Below are positions 49,313 through 57,891 of a DNA stretch of 64,000 nucleotides, in pieces (position 1 is the stretch's first letter; every line of letters starts with the position of its first letter). The notes beneath the pieces were generated by a model, which saw nothing but the letters and a program-made list of their open reading frames with translations, ran no database searches and was not told where the DNA came from. The stretch covers positions 372,317 to 436,316 of IMG/VR virus record IMGVR_UViG_3300032782_000001; one strand, written 5' to 3'. The position numbers and the translations under genes are program-made.

Positions 49313-49590
49313 GATTCCATGACTTCAATTACGGGAATCATGTGAGGACGAAGTTCAGCCAAACCGAACTTCCCCGTTTCGGTAGTGGACTCCGCAAAAC
49401 CCCACGTCCAGTGGATTTCCACATAGCCTTCGCCTGCCAGCTCACTAACATTCTTCCAACTGGTTATGGTATTGACTGACTTCATGACAGTCAAAATAGT
49501 TGTCACACGTTCTACGGCATCGCGCCAAGGAGAAGATCCAACATCACATCGAGCAAGATGGATCTTCATTTGGATGGATGTCACAATCAA
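49309..49590 (-). CDS. Hypothetical protein ending EVMES
   Basis: 93 aa; carries the tag. Confidence 0.65.
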   Translation of the reverse strand: MIVTSIQMKIHLARCDVGSSPWRDAVERVTTILTVMKSVNTITSWKNVSELAGEGYVEIHWTWGFAESTTETGKFGLAELRPHMIPVIEVMES

Positions 49591-49621
49591 GACAATACAC
49601 CCATTAAACTGACGAATCAGG

Positions 49622-50020
49622 CTATTTCGCCAATATTCTAACTATCGTCCCAAATAGTGTTTCGAAATTAATGGGCTTTGCGAGCCGCTCATCTGGAAGT
49701 ATTGGAGTTAGATTGCGAGCAGAAGACGAAATTTTGATGGTTTTCTCATTGGCTGCCGTCATTAAAATGATCGGAATATTGCACATTTCTGACTGACGGA
49801 TTCCAGCCAAAAAGGCCATTCCATCCATTCTTGGCATCATTACGTCAAGAAGAATAAGGTCCGGCTTCGGACCGGGTGCATAAAGAAGATTAAATGCTTC
49901 AATTCCATCCGCCGCTTCAGATGTCACATAGCTATGCTCGTTCAAAGCCATGCAAATAGTTTCCCTCAGATCCGTGTCATCTTCCACTACAAGGATCCGG
50001 ATTTTTTCCATTTGGTCCAT
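49622..50020 (-). CDS. Stand-alone response regulator receiver (CheY-like)
   Basis: ILVVEDD, DLILLDVMMPRMDG, IILMTA, AKPI. Confidence 0.93.
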   Translation of the reverse strand: MDQMEKIRILVVEDDTDLRETICMALNEHSYVTSEAADGIEAFNLLYAPGPKPDLILLDVMMPRMDGMAFLAGIRQSEMCNIPIILMTAANEKTIKISSSARNLTPILPDERLAKPINFETLFGTIVRILAK

Positions 50021-50110
50021 CCCATGTTGAATTACACAAATGCAAAATTTTTACAAATAACTTGAAACTGTGACTATGTCTAGGACGCTGAGTGTGTGAA
50101 CAAGTAATCG

Positions 50111-50923
50111 TTATACCTGTCGACAAAAAACGTCGGCGAATGCTACGAAATTAGGGGATCCGGCAGGTGGCACAGCAAAAGTAACATGCGTGAATGCTTG
50201 CCGGAATCCCGGCTCAGAAAGAATGTCCCGGAAAATGCCTGCAACGACTTCCGGATCATTACCGAAAACACCGCACCCCCAGGCGCCGAGAACCGCTACG
50301 CCTGATTGAAGTGCCATCGCTGTCAAGACATGACGTGCTCGTTTACGGAAGACTTTCACTACTTGTGTACAGGCAGACGGCGGAAGTGCACTTGCATTAG
50401 GCGCAGGACATGTGACGACCGACAGAAAATACGGACGGTCAACCGTCTGATAGTCAGACGTACGGAAGAACGGAACAGACGGAGAAACCGCCAGCGCGTC
50501 CGAATAAAGAGGACTATTCGTCGCCCGATGTGACTCGTAAAGCTGTGGCACCGTTTCAAGACAAGAGAAAAGAACGGACTGACGACAAAGATCTTCTTCC
50601 TGCGCCTTGGCACCTCGGAGGAAACCACCACCCGGATGCTTTCCTGAAGCAAAATTCAGAAGACACGGCTCTTCACCGAGATGAGAAAGCCTAAAACCGG
50701 CGTCTGAAGAAGTTTCCGACGTCACCTCGACGAAAAGCCTGGAACAACGAACCGGAATCTCTTGAGTAGAAAGAGTATCCGGAAAATGAACAATAGTGCC
50801 CTGGATCGCTTGTCGAACTTCCGCCTCAATGAGAACGGGGCCGCGCGGTCCGAGATATCGACCAGACGTGGCAACTTCGACGTTCTCTTGGGCAATCTTG
50901 ATGTAATTCACCCAGCACCCCAA
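50111..50923 (-). CDS. TIGR02452-family microbial PARG-like ADP-ribosylhydrolase
   Basis: LNFAS..HPGGGFL.GA.AQEEDLCRQS (GGG-X6-QEE), VLGAWGCGVFGNDP. Confidence 0.9.
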   Translation of the reverse strand: MGCWVNYIKIAQENVEVATSGRYLGPRGPVLIEAEVRQAIQGTIVHFPDTLSTQEIPVRCSRLFVEVTSETSSDAGFRLSHLGEEPCLLNFASGKHPGGGFLRGAKAQEEDLCRQSVLFSCLETVPQLYESHRATNSPLYSDALAVSPSVPFFRTSDYQTVDRPYFLSVVTCPAPNASALPPSACTQVVKVFRKRARHVLTAMALQSGVAVLGAWGCGVFGNDPEVVAGIFRDILSEPGFRQAFTHVTFAVPPAGSPNFVAFADVFCRQV

Positions 50924-51324
50924 TTCTTACACGGCCATTGCTCTGAATTCACGAACCAAGGAGCGAAATCATTCCACTCCAAAACCAAATCAATGGCCGC
51001 AATAGCCTCCCGAAACTTGGTCAAACGTTGCTGTTGCTCCGGCGTCATTTCATTCCAAGAAGGAGCGTGGGGAAACTGAGAAAGGTCAAGATGAGCCGGA
51101 GCCGTTTGAACATCCTGGTGCGAGCCGGCGCTTTCGCCTTTCACGCTCCCGGTTCCTACGTTGTTCCATTGACTCTTCGGTGTGAGTTGTGCCGAGGGTG
51201 GGCGGGCAACGGTGACAACGACGTACCGAACTTTCCTTGTTCGGCGACTGACGCTCCACCTCATGGCCGCACTCAAGTACGTCGTAAAACCGCCCGTCCT
51301 TCTCGACATTGCCTTTGACCTCAC
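50908..51324 (-). CDS. Hypothetical protein
   Basis: 138-aa ORF; competes with the overlapping 51086..51370 ORF. Confidence 0.4.
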   Translation of the reverse strand: MRSKAMSRRTGGFTTYLSAAMRWSVSRRTRKVRYVVVTVARPPSAQLTPKSQWNNVGTGSVKGESAGSHQDVQTAPAHLDLSQFPHAPSWNEMTPEQQQRLTKFREAIAAIDLVLEWNDFAPWFVNSEQWPCKNWGAG

Positions 51325-51402
51325 GACTTGGAGCCCTCCATCCGCCGGTATGGACAGGACTTCTTGACATGGAAAAAATGATACATCAAGGGTGCCGCAA
51401 AA

Positions 51403-51786
51403 TTATGACATCATGACCCGCCAAACCGTCAAAAGACTTTCCCCCTCCGGATACCCACGAATTCGAGCCTCCAAAATTTCCCGAAGCCTGCCCGCTTCAA
51501 CTTCAAACTCATCGACGGAAAGATGACGCGAAGCGACGCTCATGCCGGGCTCGTGGAACGGGAAAATAAAAGGCGTTCCGGCCGTCTCAATGGCCCGCGG
51601 GAGTGCCGCCATCATTTCCAAATCTTCCAAGACGTAGAAATAGTAAAGAAGATGGCCCTCTGCTTCCGCACGCTGGCGTAGCTCCCGAAACGGAACGACG
51701 AGCGCTGAAATTAATTTCTTCCTGCCCTCATCTGTCGCCATGCTGTGACGAATTAGCGCCTCCTTGGCCGACCTCTCCAACCTCAT
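51403..51786 (-). CDS. Hypothetical protein ending RVMMS
   Basis: 127 aa; carries a variant of the tag. Confidence 0.6.
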   Translation of the reverse strand: MRLERSAKEALIRHSMATDEGRKKLISALVVPFRELRQRAEAEGHLLYYFYVLEDLEMMAALPRAIETAGTPFIFPFHEPGMSVASRHLSVDEFEVEAGRLREILEARIRGYPEGESLLTVWRVMMS

Positions 51787-52028
51787 GGCTTCGCCTGATT
51801 TCGAGGATCAGCCTCACAAAGATGCGCCGCCTTCGTCCCACAAACCGCACAGGTGACATCTACCTGGCAACGCTTGTGGTGGCCCTCCCAAAACCACGTG
51901 AAGACGAGCCAGGCTAAAATTAGGAGGTCCGCCACCAACGCCAAAACGGCGACCAACAACGTAGGTTCCATTCCAAATTCTACGCCGAAGGACCCAAGGA
52001 ACCGAGAAAAATCGCTTCCCCGTCCCAA
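51783..52028 (-). CDS. Small membrane protein with C-terminal CxxC
   Basis: Hydrophobic residues about 20-45; CAVC. Confidence 0.55.
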   Translation of the reverse strand: MGRGSDFSRFLGSFGVEFGMEPTLLVAVLALVADLLILAWLVFTWFWEGHHKRCQVDVTCAVCGTKAAHLCEADPRNQAKP

Positions 52029-52034
52029 AAAGAT

Positions 52035-52583
52035 TTAATCGAATGCCTTCTGGACCGCCGGATCCAATACCCGCGCTCCCCAAACATCGGCCAACACGAT
52101 CTTGGCCCTGATCGATAACCCTAATAAAACGGAACAATCTTCACACGGCAGACAATCATTGTCATCCCGGTGCGACGCCGCCCGATGTTCTCGATAAGCC
52201 CTGTCCGCCACCTCATACCAAGCAAACACACCCGCTGACAACCGCTCCACTATCCGAATATGACCGGAACCACCCTCGCAAACAGACACCCTCTGAGGAT
52301 CTCGATTCGCCAAATGCTCCCACGCCGCCGCCAATCCATCTTCTACTGCATCACATTCGACCGATACACCCCCGACAGGCGACGACACATAGACCCCGAA
52401 CCACATATCAGCCCCAACATCAGCATCCGCCTGAAAATCGAACGCCAACGAAAGAACAATAGCCGTCGTTAAATCCTCCATCACCTTCAACCCCATCCGA
52501 CGAAATATCCGAAGCCGGCGCTCCTCCGCCTCCCGAACACCATCCACCCGACAAGTGCAAACCATTGGAAGACTTTCTGACAT
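52035..52583 (-). CDS. Hypothetical protein
   Basis: 182 aa; strongly G/T-biased coding strand. Confidence 0.55.
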   Translation of the reverse strand: MSESLPMVCTCRVDGVREAEERRLRIFRRMGLKVMEDLTTAIVLSLAFDFQADADVGADMWFGVYVSSPVGGVSVECDAVEDGLAAAWEHLANRDPQRVSVCEGGSGHIRIVERLSAGVFAWYEVADRAYREHRAASHRDDNDCLPCEDCSVLLGLSIRAKIVLADVWGARVLDPAVQKAFD

Positions 52584-52873
52584 AAGCTAACCTGAAAACC
52601 CACGAGCACGGAAATCGCAATCCCCGATGTGGTCCTTCTCCCGACAACATTTGTAAAACCCGCGAGTCTTGGGACACTCGCGAGCTTTAGAATCCTCTTG
52701 ATACGGCCAAGGATCAAAAGTTATCGAATGCCAAAACTTTCCCCAAAAACTCATGTGGAATATTACAATCTGAATTTCTTGAGAAACGATTATCGGAACG
52801 CCACGTTCTCCACAGCATATCTAAAGGACCCGGAAAACTCCAGTAAATTGATTCCTCTCCCCAAAGGAAGGCT

Positions 52874-53176
52874 TTAGAGAGGAGTTCTCTCGAGCTTCAT
52901 GCAGGCAGAATCATCCACTAACTGGACCTTCATGCCTGCAGGAGCTATCGCAACCCAACCCGGATAAACGTGCTCAGAAATGAGCACATCCGCTCCCCAC
53001 AAAGTCCCGCGAATACCCAAGTCCAAATGCTCCTTGTGCGTGGTCCGGTCAAATTGGTCTGGGGGAAGATTATCAATATCTGATTGATGCATGAACAAAG
53101 TCCCCACCCTCAATCGCTGAGATTCCATCCACGCAAATTTGTCCGCCAACAAATGAAGTAGGTCGGTTCCAGTCAT
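52874..53176 (-). CDS. Hypothetical protein
   Basis: 100-aa ORF. Confidence 0.55.
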   Translation of the reverse strand: MTGTDLLHLLADKFAWMESQRLRVGTLFMHQSDIDNLPPDQFDRTTHKEHLDLGIRGTLWGADVLISEHVYPGWVAIAPAGMKVQLVDDSACMKLERTPL

Positions 53177-53195
53177 GGAACTACTTTACCTATAT

Positions 53196-54611
53196 CTAAA
53201 GCCTATCTTCTGCAAAAACGTATCCACGCTCTCCGAATTTCACTCGCATGACTTCCATGATCCATGCTTTCCGGAAATTCCGGAAAGAAGCAAACTCTCG
53301 AAGTCTCCTAAATTCAGTCATAAGTACGTTATCTGCGATCCTGTGAACTTCCACCAAATGCCCATCAATGTAAGAGACGGTCCTTTCTGAAGTGGGGAAT
53401 ACAAAAGAACAATTCGCACAGATGCGATCACCAGATCGCATCACCAGACCGCAACTTGGACACATCTTCGTAGACGCAGATGCAATGAGACCGCGTCCAA
53501 CGAACAAATCATAAGATCTGACATGATCGGGTAAACCATGACGCAGAGCATTTCCGGAGTGATCGAGGATCACAGGAGGAGCCGGAATGCTGGCTGAAAC
53601 ATACTCCGGACGCATGCATCGACATGCCTGCTGCATATAGAGAGTTCGGGACAAAGTCGGTCGAGCTAAGATTACACATTTCAATTCCGGACAATCCCAT
53701 CCTTCGGAGAGCACCAAACAATTGGAAAGAACTTTGATATCACCTCTCAAGAACGATTCGAAGAATTTCCGCCTGGTCTCATCAGGAGTATCACTGTCAA
53801 TATGTTCTGCAGTGACATCCGCACCTCGAAACGCTCGGACGATAGACTTGGAGTGTTCGACCCCCACCGCGAAACAGATGGTTGGACGACCGAAAGCGTG
53901 AGTTCGATAATGAGATATAATGTCTCCAACCAAATCAATGTCGTTCATGATCGCGTTTAACTGTGTCTCATCATAGTCCCCTCGAACGACTTTCAACCTG
54001 GCAAGGGCGGAGAGATTAGCGTATGGACGCGTAAACACACGCGGCCTCACTAAGTATCCATATTGAATTAATCTGGTAACTTCCTCACCGACAATGATTT
54101 CATCGAAGTCATTCCCGAGACCTTGTCCATCATAACGCCATGGAGTCCCCGTGAGTCCGAGAATTTTGGCTTCCGGATAAGCCGAGATGACTCGACGAGT
54201 GGATGCGTTGGGAGCTCGATGAGCCTCATCGACAATGATAATGTCGAAATGAGCGAATGCTTCATCCTCCATTTGGTTCAAAAAAGTATGGAGGGAACTA
54301 ACCTGGATGGGTGCTCCGGGCTTGTTGGAAAAGGCTTTGTCGTCGCCAGAAGGGTTGGCCATAACGAGCCCGATGTCGTTCGGATCGATCCCCTCTTGGA
54401 CGAATTTCTGTAATGCTTGCCTTACGAGCTCCCGCCGATGAGCCAAAAATAAAATACGGAGACCAGCCGCAGCTGCGCGCTGCGAAACCAAAATAGCTAC
54501 AAACGTCTTGCCGGCTCCCATATGCAAGACATACAGGATGCGCCGCACTCGCGTCCAAGCATCAAAGATCCGACGGACAGATGAGTCCTGATAATATCGG
54601 GCCTTATTCAT
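53196..54611 (-). CDS. SF2 DEAD/DEAH helicase (type III Res/YejH-like)
   Basis: YQD Q-motif, MGAGKT, AHRREL, IIVDEAH, GLTGTP, LSEGWDCPEL, QQACRCMR, C-terminal CPSC..CANC. Confidence 0.9.
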   Translation of the reverse strand: MNKARYYQDSSVRRIFDAWTRVRRILYVLHMGAGKTFVAILVSQRAAAAGLRILFLAHRRELVRQALQKFVQEGIDPNDIGLVMANPSGDDKAFSNKPGAPIQVSSLHTFLNQMEDEAFAHFDIIIVDEAHRAPNASTRRVISAYPEAKILGLTGTPWRYDGQGLGNDFDEIIVGEEVTRLIQYGYLVRPRVFTRPYANLSALARLKVVRGDYDETQLNAIMNDIDLVGDIISHYRTHAFGRPTICFAVGVEHSKSIVRAFRGADVTAEHIDSDTPDETRRKFFESFLRGDIKVLSNCLVLSEGWDCPELKCVILARPTLSRTLYMQQACRCMRPEYVSASIPAPPVILDHSGNALRHGLPDHVRSYDLFVGRGLIASASTKMCPSCGLVMRSGDRICANCSFVFPTSERTVSYIDGHLVEVHRIADNVLMTEFRRLREFASFRNFRKAWIMEVMRVKFGERGYVFAEDRL

Positions 54612-56139
54612 CGCCAACCCATGGGCAAACGTACGTCCGATTGCCTTCGATCTTCCAACCTGGGAGAGGATTGATTTTGAAGTGGAAGAACTGAGAAGCG
54701 CTAATCTTCTTCCATGAATTTGACTTCGCGTGTTTCCCGCATGTGGGAATATAGAGGCGAGCTTTGGACCAAAACATTGTCGCATGATTGGAACACTTGA
54801 CGCATTTCCAAATGACGACAGTGACTTCCTTGTCATTGGACTCTTGGACTACAGCCTTTCGTCCTTTGTGGTTACCGGCTAAGACCAATACGATATCACC
54901 AGGTTCCAAAGCAAATTGCGGAAAGCTGCTGTACGCTTCTCGCATGATCGCAGATGACTTTTCGTAGTCATTGCGTTTAATCAATGATTCCAGAGACGAA
55001 CGACGCTGCTTCGCCAGCTTCGCGACAGCCCGATGGATCAGTTTAATGTCGCGAACATGCTCGGCGAGTTTCTTGCGATTGACCGCCATTTCTTCATGGC
55101 GCCGTTTCGCTTCTTGTTCCCGTCGTTCCCGTTTCTCTTGAAGAGCCCGATTTCGCTTATCCTTCCGAAGTTTTTCTGCTTCCAGCTTCTCCTGATGTTT
55201 CTTAGTTGCTTCTTCAGCCCTTTGCCGGCCGGAATTGTGCCAATCTTCCCAGGCTTCTTGGAGACCTTTTTCGAAGTCGCTAATGAATAGCTCGGGTCGA
55301 TGCCCCCAATTTGGGATCCGACCGCCCGGGATGGAGGCGTACAAATTCAACAGTCTATTTTTCTTGGAGGAATTGCGAATGAATTGGAGGCTATACACTA
55401 AATGTTGACGTACGCGTTCTGCAGATCCTCCTTCACCTTGAGTGGCTTCAGACTTAATCGGCGGACATTTATTCAACGACCGCCCAGCCTCCGCGTATGT
55501 CATCGGCTCTCCGAAGAACCCGAAACATGCGAGCAGGCAATACCACTGCCGTGTAGTAAGAAGCTTCAAGACGCCGCGAATAGTGTTAATGGTGCGGAGA
55601 ACATCTTTCGGGTGAACATCTAGAGAATGTTCATTTCCGCAATCTACTACACGGCAATGATATGACAAATTATCGTGAACGAATGGAAGCTTCTTGTTGG
55701 CAATTTCTGGCCAAATTTCTTCCGGGATTTGACCGAGACCTTCAGCAAGCCGCTTGGCGGAGGCCTTCCAATCACCTCGCTTGTCATCCCATGGACTTTC
55801 ACGACCGTGTTCATAAGAAGAGATAACGTCGTTCGGTAGTTCGGTTAGTCGAGAGACGGATGTGATACTGTCGTGCCCTAAACTATTGCGCAATTGGAAA
55901 ATGCGATTGCGTTTATGAGATGACTTGGAAGGCGGTTCTCCTCGGATTTTGAGAGGATGGATAGCAACCGATGTGTCCATCCCCGATTCCACTCGACGTA
56001 CGAACCTGTCGGCTGACACTCCGAAGATGAATTCGACGTCTTCGGCCGTCATCTTCTCGCCAAACACTTCCCAATTGCGAGTGTTAAGCGTTCGATCGCA
56101 GCCGATTGGCTCTTCGGACGGCTTGTCCTCGGAGTTCAT
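54604..56139 (-). CDS. Multidomain regulator: HTH, sigma-70 region 4-like, coiled coil, KOW and Zn ribbon
   Basis: LTTRQWYCL...FGFFGEPMTYAEAG...SAERVRQ (sigma4); LEPGDIVLVLAGNHKGRKAVV (KOW). Confidence 0.6.
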   Translation of the reverse strand: MNSEDKPSEEPIGCDRTLNTRNWEVFGEKMTAEDVEFIFGVSADRFVRRVESGMDTSVAIHPLKIRGEPPSKSSHKRNRIFQLRNSLGHDSITSVSRLTELPNDVISSYEHGRESPWDDKRGDWKASAKRLAEGLGQIPEEIWPEIANKKLPFVHDNLSYHCRVVDCGNEHSLDVHPKDVLRTINTIRGVLKLLTTRQWYCLLACFGFFGEPMTYAEAGRSLNKCPPIKSEATQGEGGSAERVRQHLVYSLQFIRNSSKKNRLLNLYASIPGGRIPNWGHRPELFISDFEKGLQEAWEDWHNSGRQRAEEATKKHQEKLEAEKLRKDKRNRALQEKRERREQEAKRRHEEMAVNRKKLAEHVRDIKLIHRAVAKLAKQRRSSLESLIKRNDYEKSSAIMREAYSSFPQFALEPGDIVLVLAGNHKGRKAVVQESNDKEVTVVIWKCVKCSNHATMFWSKARLYIPTCGKHAKSNSWKKISASQFFHFKINPLPGWKIEGNRTYVCPWVGDE

Positions 56140-56239
56140 TCAACCAAGTACACCCCCGATTGGAGAATTTAGGACTCCATGACAGATCGCACGCGCATAA
56201 ACTACGAACCGGAAGCCTTCATCGGCTGTACCTTGCCAC

Positions 56240-56959
56240 ATGGAAACCTTCCGAGGTCGCCCATTGACCGAGACTGAAATTCAATGGCGAACCGAAGGCC
56301 GATGCATTGGATGCGGAGCTCCCGCCCGGAAAGTCAAAATGAAAGACGGGACCATTCGCCCTGATATGGAATGCAAAGATTGCTACGGATCCAGGAATTC
56401 ATACCCTTCCGGAGGCAATTCATTCCGTGAGTTCGGTGCTTCTCGAGCATCTGTTGGACATGAATATCGATCCCGGCTTGGTTACTCTTCCCGAGCCGGC
56501 GGAGCCCCACGACAACCCGGAGAAGAAACTGCCACCCAGAAAACCGAAGTTTGGTTGTCTACCCCGGAGCCCAAACTCCTTCCCTCACCAGAACCGCCCT
56601 TCCAAATCACCCCCTCCAGGGTAAAAATCGTGCATATGCGGTGGTCTGGAATGTCTATCGCCGACATCGCACATGAACTTCGTCTATGGGTGCCAAACGT
56701 CCGACATGTTCTTCAGAAACTTCGAGCCTCTAAAAGTACCATCCCAGACTGGGCCCAAGACTGGTTAAGGCAGGAAGTTTATAGCCGAGATCAACCCGAC
56801 CATCTGACCCGCAAACATGAAGAAACCCTTCAACACACCATCTCCCAACTTCTCAGCCGCGGCATCCCAAAAGTAGTCATCCTGGAAACCCTCGGACTCC
56901 ATTCGGAACGCGACGCGTCCCTCATGGAACCCTGCGGTTGCTTCTCCGACCAAACATAA
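56240..56959 (+). CDS. Hypothetical protein with N-terminal CxxC...CxxC and an HTH
   Basis: CIGC...CKDC; WSGMSIADIAHELRLWVPNVRHVL. Confidence 0.55.
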   Translation: METFRGRPLTETEIQWRTEGRCIGCGAPARKVKMKDGTIRPDMECKDCYGSRNSYPSGGNSFREFGASRASVGHEYRSRLGYSSRAGGAPRQPGEETATQKTEVWLSTPEPKLLPSPEPPFQITPSRVKIVHMRWSGMSIADIAHELRLWVPNVRHVLQKLRASKSTIPDWAQDWLRQEVYSRDQPDHLTRKHEETLQHTISQLLSRGIPKVVILETLGLHSERDASLMEPCGCFSDQT

Positions 56960-57111
56960 GATCGTTCAATTACCCCGAACGACGTTCCGAACCAGGCACT
57001 ACCCCCTAGAAAAGGGATCGTCCACGCAAAAATCGAACGAATACTTTGAAGCGCTCAGGGACCCAATTTTCCCTGTGCATGAACTTCCCCATCCAAAAAG
57101 ATTTACCTCGT

Positions 57112-57186
57112 CACTCCCTCCCCCTCTCCCCTATCCCATACCCTCCCACCCCCATACTACTCCCCCTATCCCTATTTATCCCTACT
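57112..57186 (-). repeat. G-rich low-complexity tract (10 runs of 3 or more G on the minus strand)
   Basis: Plus strand cactccctcccccTCTCCCCTATCCCATACCCTCCCACCCCCATACTACTCCCCCTATCCCTATTTATCCCTACT. Confidence 0.85.
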
Positions 57187-57526
57187 GGGTGGCCATGGGG
57201 GCGAGGGCCCGCATCTCCGGGATGTCGTAGTAGCAGACCGGCCCGTAGCAGTTCGGGGGCGTCGGCGCGGGGCGCCAGCTCCGGGCCGCGGCGGGCCTTT
57301 CCGCGCGCTTGGCGGTCGTCGGGCGGGTCTCGGGCCGCGGGAAGATCGGAGACGCTCCCGGGGCCACGTAGACGGCCGGAGCGACCGGTTCGGGCTTCGG
57401 CGCTTCCTGGACGGGGGTCGGATCGGGCTGGCGCGTCCCGTAGATGCGCAGTTCGCCTTGGAAGAGCGAGGGGCCGAAGGCGTAGGCGGCGAGGCCGAGG
57501 ACCAGCAGGACGAGGAACGTCTTCAT
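57182..57526 (-). CDS. Membrane-anchored Pro/Ala-rich small protein
   Basis: N-terminal TM, QEAPKPEPVAP linker, CYGPVCYY; own promoter cassette. Confidence 0.7.
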   Translation of the reverse strand: MKTFLVLLVLGLAAYAFGPSLFQGELRIYGTRQPDPTPVQEAPKPEPVAPAVYVAPGASPIFPRPETRPTTAKRAERPAAARSWRPAPTPPNCYGPVCYYDIPEMRALAPMATQ

Positions 57527-57578
57527 ATCTCCGGATACGGCGGACGGGGCCGGACTTGTCGCCCGGCCCCGCGGCCCG

Positions 57579-57839
57579 TCACTCGGGCAGAACGGCCAGG
57601 GCGGCGCGGAAGAGGGCCGGGCGGCCGGTCATGAAGACCCAGGGCGCCCCGTCTTCCTCGTCGCCTTGACGGAACAGGGCGACGCAGGAGTTGCCCCGGG
57701 CGACGAGGCCAACCGCGTTCCCCTTGAGGTCAGGGCCGGCGTGCCCCTGGTTGACGTTGATCTTGGGGTCACCCGAGACCTTCACTTGGTACTCGCGACC
57801 CGAGAACACGAACGAACCCTCGAAGGACCATTTGCTCAT
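57579..57839 (-). CDS. Small hypothetical protein, probably leaderless
   Basis: ATG 7 nt after CGTATT; no RBS. Confidence 0.6.
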   Translation of the reverse strand: MSKWSFEGSFVFSGREYQVKVSGDPKINVNQGHAGPDLKGNAVGLVARGNSCVALFRQGDEEDGAPWVFMTGRPALFRAALAVLPE

Positions 57840-57891
57840 GGGTTGCAATACGGCGAGGGCCGCCAGGTTTCCCCAGCGGCCCTCGGTCCGT

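Noticed and set aside
37193-51786. VMES tail as a by-product of RBS or ATGA translational coupling
   Set aside because: Synonymous codons and stop codons vary, and copies at 45036 and 49028 face convergent genes.
56169-56240. Amber recoding suggested by the TAG upstream of MRVRSVMES
   Set aside because: TAG terminates clear genes elsewhere (e.g. 45036, 57182) and long conserved genes have no internal TAG.
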